The position numbers and the translations under genes are program-made. Shown here one piece after another: positions 33,589 to 36,997 of a stretch of DNA of 36,997 bases; positions within the stretch are counted from its first letter, which is position 1; each line of letters begins with the position of its first letter. The notes under the pieces are model-generated. The model was not told where the DNA came from and did no database searches. It saw only the letters and a list, made by a program, of their open reading frames with translations. The stretch lies in the NCBI GenBank assembly GCA_964470775.1, contig CAYYEE010000001.1, positions 1-36,997 of the forward strand, given 5' to 3'. The DNA comes from an uncultured Planctomycetota bacterium. Lineage in GTDB: Bacteria > Planctomycetota > Brocadiia > CAIUPP01 > CAYYEE01.

Positions 33589-35088
33589 TCACCACAACCC
33601 CGTCCCTTCCTCTGTCATTGTGACGTTGTCGAAACGGTACAGCCCCGGCGCCCAGTACGCGTACGGAATCACCCGCACGTACACCACAAACGGCATCCGC
33701 GCCTCGCAAGCGTCCAGAAACGCTCCGCACGCCTTGTCCACGCTCGCCTTGTCCGATACGGGAAAAGCCATGTCCACCAGCGGCACGTTCTGCTTGATCC
33801 GCGCGCTCATCAGCCGCAGGCAAAGCTGAAGCCCCTCGTCCGTCTTCTCCACCTTGCCGTACACCCCGTGCGCGCACAGCAAGTGGTCGCGCACGTGGAC
33901 CAGCAGCTCCGGAATCGGCGCGCCCCAGCGCGCCTTGAAGCCCGTCTTGCCCAGAATCGCCCGCCGATGCTCCGCTGGAATCTGCGGGAACCCCCTGGCC
34001 GCCATCACCTCGCGCAGCGTGTCCGTGGCCACCGCCGTCAACTCCCCGCCGCCCGCGTCCTCCAGGTCAAACGCCACGTAATACGGATTCGGCATAAACG
34101 TCCGCGTATGGCGGTCGAACTCCCTCCCGCCCGTCACCGTCACGCACGACAAGTACATCCGGTAGATCTCGCGGTCCTGCGCGCTGAACTCCGTGGCCCC
34201 GAACGGCGCATACCCCTTCACGAAGATCTTCGGCTTCGACCCGCCTTTCACGTCCACGGTCATGCGATACACCATCCCCCGCTTCACCGGCACAGGATCG
34301 CTGCGGAAGTGCACCCCATACGTCCCCCCGATCGTGTCGTATTTCGGCGGCTTGGTCGGCATCTTGCGCGGCGCGCGCCGAAAGTCCGCCCCCTGCGCCA
34401 GCGCCTTCTGCCAATCCAGAACCTGGCTCTCCAGCACATCCGTGTCCACCAGCAGGCACTTCCCCGGATGCCCCGCCGTGTCGTAGAACGTCGTCAGGTT
34501 GTTGATCCGCTCCCAGTGCAGCGGCGTCAAGTCGCCCTGCTCGAAGTCACCGTTCGGCAGCAGGTTCGGCGGATTCGCGATCCTCTGGTTCTCCGGAACC
34601 TGCGGGTCCTCGCCGATGCGCCGCCGGAACCCCGACACCTTCTCCACGATATCCGTCAGCAGCAGCGGCAGCTCGCGGTACTGCGTGATATGCTTCTCCA
34701 CCGACCAGAGCAGGCTGTCGTCGCTCTCTTCCAGGTCCATGAAGCGGAACTCGAACACCCAGCCTGCGGGCTGGCCCCGCCGCGCAAAGCCCCACAGCGC
34801 CAGCCGCGCCTGCAACCGGTCGCGCACGAACGCCGCCACCACCGCCGGCGGCGTCTCCGGCGCCAGCGAAAACCCCGCCGACGCCATGGCCCCGTCCACA
34901 TCCAGACTCTGCAGCAGCTCATACTGAAACGTCCGCGCCAGCTTCTCCTCCAGCGCGCGCCGCGTGTCGGGCCCGTAGTGGCTGCCGCCTTCCGCCTGAT
35001 AGGGCAGCACCGCCAGCGTCGCCTTCTGCGCCCACGCCGGCCACGCCACCGCCGCCACCGCCGCCGCCGCCAGCAACACCCTCTTCAC
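33589..35088 (-). CDS. Secreted protein of unknown function: TolB-N/LpoB-like alpha/beta module, then a CBM-like jelly roll interrupted by a second alpha/beta module (tentative)
   Basis: GTG at 35088 with GGAGG 6 nt upstream gives the signal peptide VKRVLLAAAAVAAVAWPAWA|Q. The alternative GTG at 35127 has no RBS. NLLPNGDFEQGDLTPLHWERI and the terminal YRFDNVTMTEE resemble CBM4/9-type carbohydrate-binding modules. Confidence 0.55.
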   Translation of the reverse strand: MKRVLLAAAAVAAVAWPAWAQKATLAVLPYQAEGGSHYGPDTRRALEEKLARTFQYELLQSLDVDGAMASAGFSLAPETPPAVVAAFVRDRLQARLALWGFARRGQPAGWVFEFRFMDLEESDDSLLWSVEKHITQYRELPLLLTDIVEKVSGFRRRIGEDPQVPENQRIANPPNLLPNGDFEQGDLTPLHWERINNLTTFYDTAGHPGKCLLVDTDVLESQVLDWQKALAQGADFRRAPRKMPTKPPKYDTIGGTYGVHFRSDPVPVKRGMVYRMTVDVKGGSKPKIFVKGYAPFGATEFSAQDREIYRMYLSCVTVTGGREFDRHTRTFMPNPYYVAFDLEDAGGGELTAVATDTLREVMAARGFPQIPAEHRRAILGKTGFKARWGAPIPELLVHVRDHLLCAHGVYGKVEKTDEGLQLCLRLMSARIKQNVPLVDMAFPVSDKASVDKACGAFLDACEARMPFVVYVRVIPYAYWAPGLYRFDNVTMTEEGTGLW

Positions 35089-35158
35089 CTCACGCCTCCA
35101 CCATGCCGCGCCCCCACGCCCTCCCACACCATCATCGCCCGCCCCGCCCGTTTCTGCC

Positions 35159-35183
35159 GTCCTTGCCGCTGTCCTTGCCGTCC
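35159..35183. repeat. GTCCTTGCC / GGCAAGGAC tandem units in a divergent intergenic region
   Basis: GTCC at 35159, 35171 and 35180. GTCCTTGCCG occurs twice. Confidence 0.6.
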
Positions 35184-35243
35184 GTTTCGTTGTATCATAC
35201 TCCCCTTTGCCGCTTCATCCAAGGCTGCGCCGGAGGACGAATC

Positions 35244-35978
35244 ATGAGCCGCACAAAGCCGCGCATCGGAATCTGCGGCGTCTACGGCCGCGTCAACGAA
35301 AACGCCGCCTGCATCCTGCCCGACGCGTACGTCGACGCCGTCGCCCTCGCCGGCGGCGTGCCCCTGCTCCTCGCGCCCCCGGCCAAGGGCGACCTCGCCG
35401 CCGACATGATGGACGCCGTCGATGCCCTCCTCGTGCCCGGCGGACCCGACATTTCCCCTGCCCGCTACGGACAGCAGCCTCACCCCAAAACCCGCCTTGT
35501 CCACGAGCGCCGCGAAGCCTTCGACTTCCGCTGCGTCGAGGAAGCCGAGAAACGCAACATGCCCATGATGGGCATCTGCCTCGGCTGCCAGGTCATCAAC
35601 GTCGCCCGGGGCGGCACGCTTGTTCAGGACGTGCCCAGCCAGTGGGCCGCCCCCCTGGTCCATCCCCGTCCTCCCGCCGCCACACGCCTGCTCCACTGGG
35701 TCGAGGTCGAGCCCGGAACCCGCCTCGCCGGCATCGTCGGCCACGGCCGCTTCGAGGTCAACACCTCCCATCACCAGGCCGTCGACAAACCAGGCCGCGG
35801 CCTCCGCGTGTCCGCCCGCGCCCTTGACGGCGTTATCGAAGCCGTCGAAGACACCTCCGGCCGCTTCGTCCTGGGCATCCAGTGGCACCCCGAAGGCATG
35901 ACCGAACGCCCCAGACACCTCGCCCTGTTCCAAGCCCTTATCCAGGCCGCCAAGGACTTCGCCCAAGCCGCCAGATGA
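35244..35978 (+). CDS. Gamma-glutamyl-gamma-aminobutyrate hydrolase family protein (peptidase C26 / class I glutamine amidotransferase fold)
   Basis: ATG at 35244 after GGAGGA. Catalytic-triad context GICLGCQ(V), HHQAV and GIQWHPE. Confidence 0.8.
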   Translation: MSRTKPRIGICGVYGRVNENAACILPDAYVDAVALAGGVPLLLAPPAKGDLAADMMDAVDALLVPGGPDISPARYGQQPHPKTRLVHERREAFDFRCVEEAEKRNMPMMGICLGCQVINVARGGTLVQDVPSQWAAPLVHPRPPAATRLLHWVEVEPGTRLAGIVGHGRFEVNTSHHQAVDKPGRGLRVSARALDGVIEAVEDTSGRFVLGIQWHPEGMTERPRHLALFQALIQAAKDFAQAAR

Positions 35979-36047
35979 CCCGCCGGCCGGTTCCAAGCGA
36001 ACCTGCCCGCTTGGGTTCCCGGACCTTTCCTCCGCCTTTTCCGTTCC

Positions 36048-36076
36048 TTGCCCTGCCACGCCCCACGCGCTAGAAT
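36048..36076 (+). promoter_or_regulatory. Candidate sigma70-type promoter (TTGCCC-17-TAGAAT) for the last gene
   Basis: TAGAAT at 36071-36076 and TTGCCC at 36048-36053 with a 17-nt spacer. Confidence 0.4.
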
Positions 36077-36144
36077 GAAAACCGTCAGGGCCATTGAGGG
36101 AGGAGTGCGCCGGTGGGGGACCGGCGGGCTGAGGAGCGTACAGC

Positions 36145-36997
36145 ATGCGATTGCGCTGGAGCGCGGGAGCGCTGGCGGCGCTGGCGCTGGCCATCATGGC
36201 GCCCGGCGCATCCGCCCAAGTCACGGTCGCGCGCCAGGCAGGCAAGCTCAAGGGCTTCACTGTCGCCACGCCAAAGGGCGCCCTGCGCGTCACCGGCCGG
36301 CCCTGGACCAACACCGTGCTCACCACCGAGTCCGGCAAGGCCATTCACCTCGCCGACCCCCTCCTGGGCCGCCTGCGACTGCGCGGCGAACAGCGCCAGC
36401 GTCAAACCGCTTCCTGGGGCGACGCCAAGTTCTTCGAGACCGCCCGTCTCGAAGAGGTCCAGGACCCCTCGCGCCCCGGCGCCCTCATCCTCCGCCTCAC
36501 CCTCGAAAACGCCGACGTCGGACTGCGCAAAGACCTGGCCCTGCTCATCGAGCCCGGACAGGACGTCGTCTACGTCACCAGCCGCGTGCTCGCGCTCAAG
36601 GACGCCGAAGTGCTCGATGACGAGGTCTCCATGTGGATGGCCCCCGCCGCCCAGTTCTCCTTCATCGTCGACGGCCGCCAGGTGGAACCCGCCGACAAGC
36701 GCCGCGAAGAGATTAAGCGCTGGGCCGCCGCGCTGCGCCGCGACGAAACGACAGGCTTCGGCGTCATCATCCTCCCCGAGGCGCCCGCCGCCGCCGCGAA
36801 CTGCGCCGCCTCCGCCGGCTTCCGCCTCGACGAAAAGGTTAAGGCCGGCTGGTTCCAGCTCGCCAGGCTTCCCCGAGGGCCCATGAAGGCCGGCGAAACC
36901 CGCCTCCTGCGCTATGCCCTCTTCTGGGGCGATGGCCTCAAGCCCGGCCGCGTCGCCGAACTTGCCCGCCAGGCCGAAACCGGCGGCCTCGACGACA
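36145..36997 (+). CDS. 3'-partial gene for a secreted protein of unknown function (absent from the ORF track because it runs off the window)
   Basis: ATG at 36145 with GAGGAG 8 nt upstream. My own translation is MRLRWSAGALAALALAIMAPGASA|QVTVARQAGKLKGF..., a signal peptide with an AxA site. The frame stays open to 36997 with G+C-rich third positions. Confidence 0.6.
   Translation, partial: MRLRWSAGALAALALAIMAPGASAQVTVARQAGKLKGFTVATPKGALRVTGRPWTNTVLTTESGKAIHLADPLLGRLRLRGEQRQRQTASWGDAKFFETARLEEVQDPSRPGALILRLTLENADVGLRKDLALLIEPGQDVVYVTSRVLALKDAEVLDDEVSMWMAPAAQFSFIVDGRQVEPADKRREEIKRWAAALRRDETTGFGVIILPEAPAAAANCAASAGFRLDEKVKAGWFQLARLPRGPMKAGETRLLRYALFWGDGLKPGRVAELARQAETGGLDD

Noticed and set aside
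35103-35243. The N-terminal extension of the PuuD-like ORF (start at 35103) and a canonical promoter for it (TATCAT at 35193).
   Set aside because: The extension is Pro/Leu/Ser/His low complexity overlapping the repeat tract. The ATG at 35244 has a GGAGGA RBS. No -35 element lies at proper spacing from TATCAT, so no promoter is called.

Overview
High-G+C bacterial chromosomal window, mostly housekeeping and envelope genes. The lineage is probably PVC/Planctomycetota-like. The basis is two intact prepilin-leader DUF1559 (H-X9-DG) proteins, a decayed third, and an mcsA-mcsB-clpC operon with no ctsR. No cas genes, integrases, transposases, RT or phage genes are recognisable.

Gene content, left to right:
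- Group II PLP decarboxylase (-).
- mcsA-mcsB-clpC (-).
- Soluble PAS/HisKA/HATPase/REC hybrid kinase (+).
- Two DUF1559 pseudopilin-like genes (+).
- GNAT, AsmA-like protein and a 1211-aa TPR protein, apparently one minus-strand operon.
- LpoB-like lipoprotein followed by hom-thrC-thrB (-).
- 747-aa GH-like TIM-barrel protein (+).
- HDOD protein overlapping a second hybrid kinase (+).
- Minus-strand operon of a polytopic membrane protein, an orphan Memo/AmmeMemoRadiSam-B protein and two tandem TPR-like paralogs.
- Membrane-anchored coiled-coil protein (-).
- thi4 behind a clear TPP riboswitch (-).
- A decayed locus: repeat tract, a solute-binding-protein C-terminal fragment and a frameshifted pilin-like gene.
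- A secreted ~500-aa protein (-).
- A PuuD-like amidotransferase-fold hydrolase (+).
- A 3'-partial secreted-protein gene that is missing from the ORF track.

The many long antisense ORFs in the track are stop-poor artefacts of G+C-rich codon usage.

The signals not explained by genes are non-coding:
1. GGAC(G)G words phased at 9 bp, stacked just upstream of at least five TTGACA-type promoters.
2. A family of long palindromes (GTGTTTCGGAAATGC core, AGCCCGCCCTNTGG outer arms). One copy lies at the window edge. Other copies bracket a 283-bp promoter-bearing segment upstream of mcsA.
3. A ~375-nt leader rich in the motif CG(N)TTTC ahead of the HDOD-kinase operon.
4. An exact 29-nt direct repeat in a pyrimidine-rich tract.

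None of these can be confirmed as a novel system from sequence alone. All promoter and function calls are by-eye motif reading without database searches.
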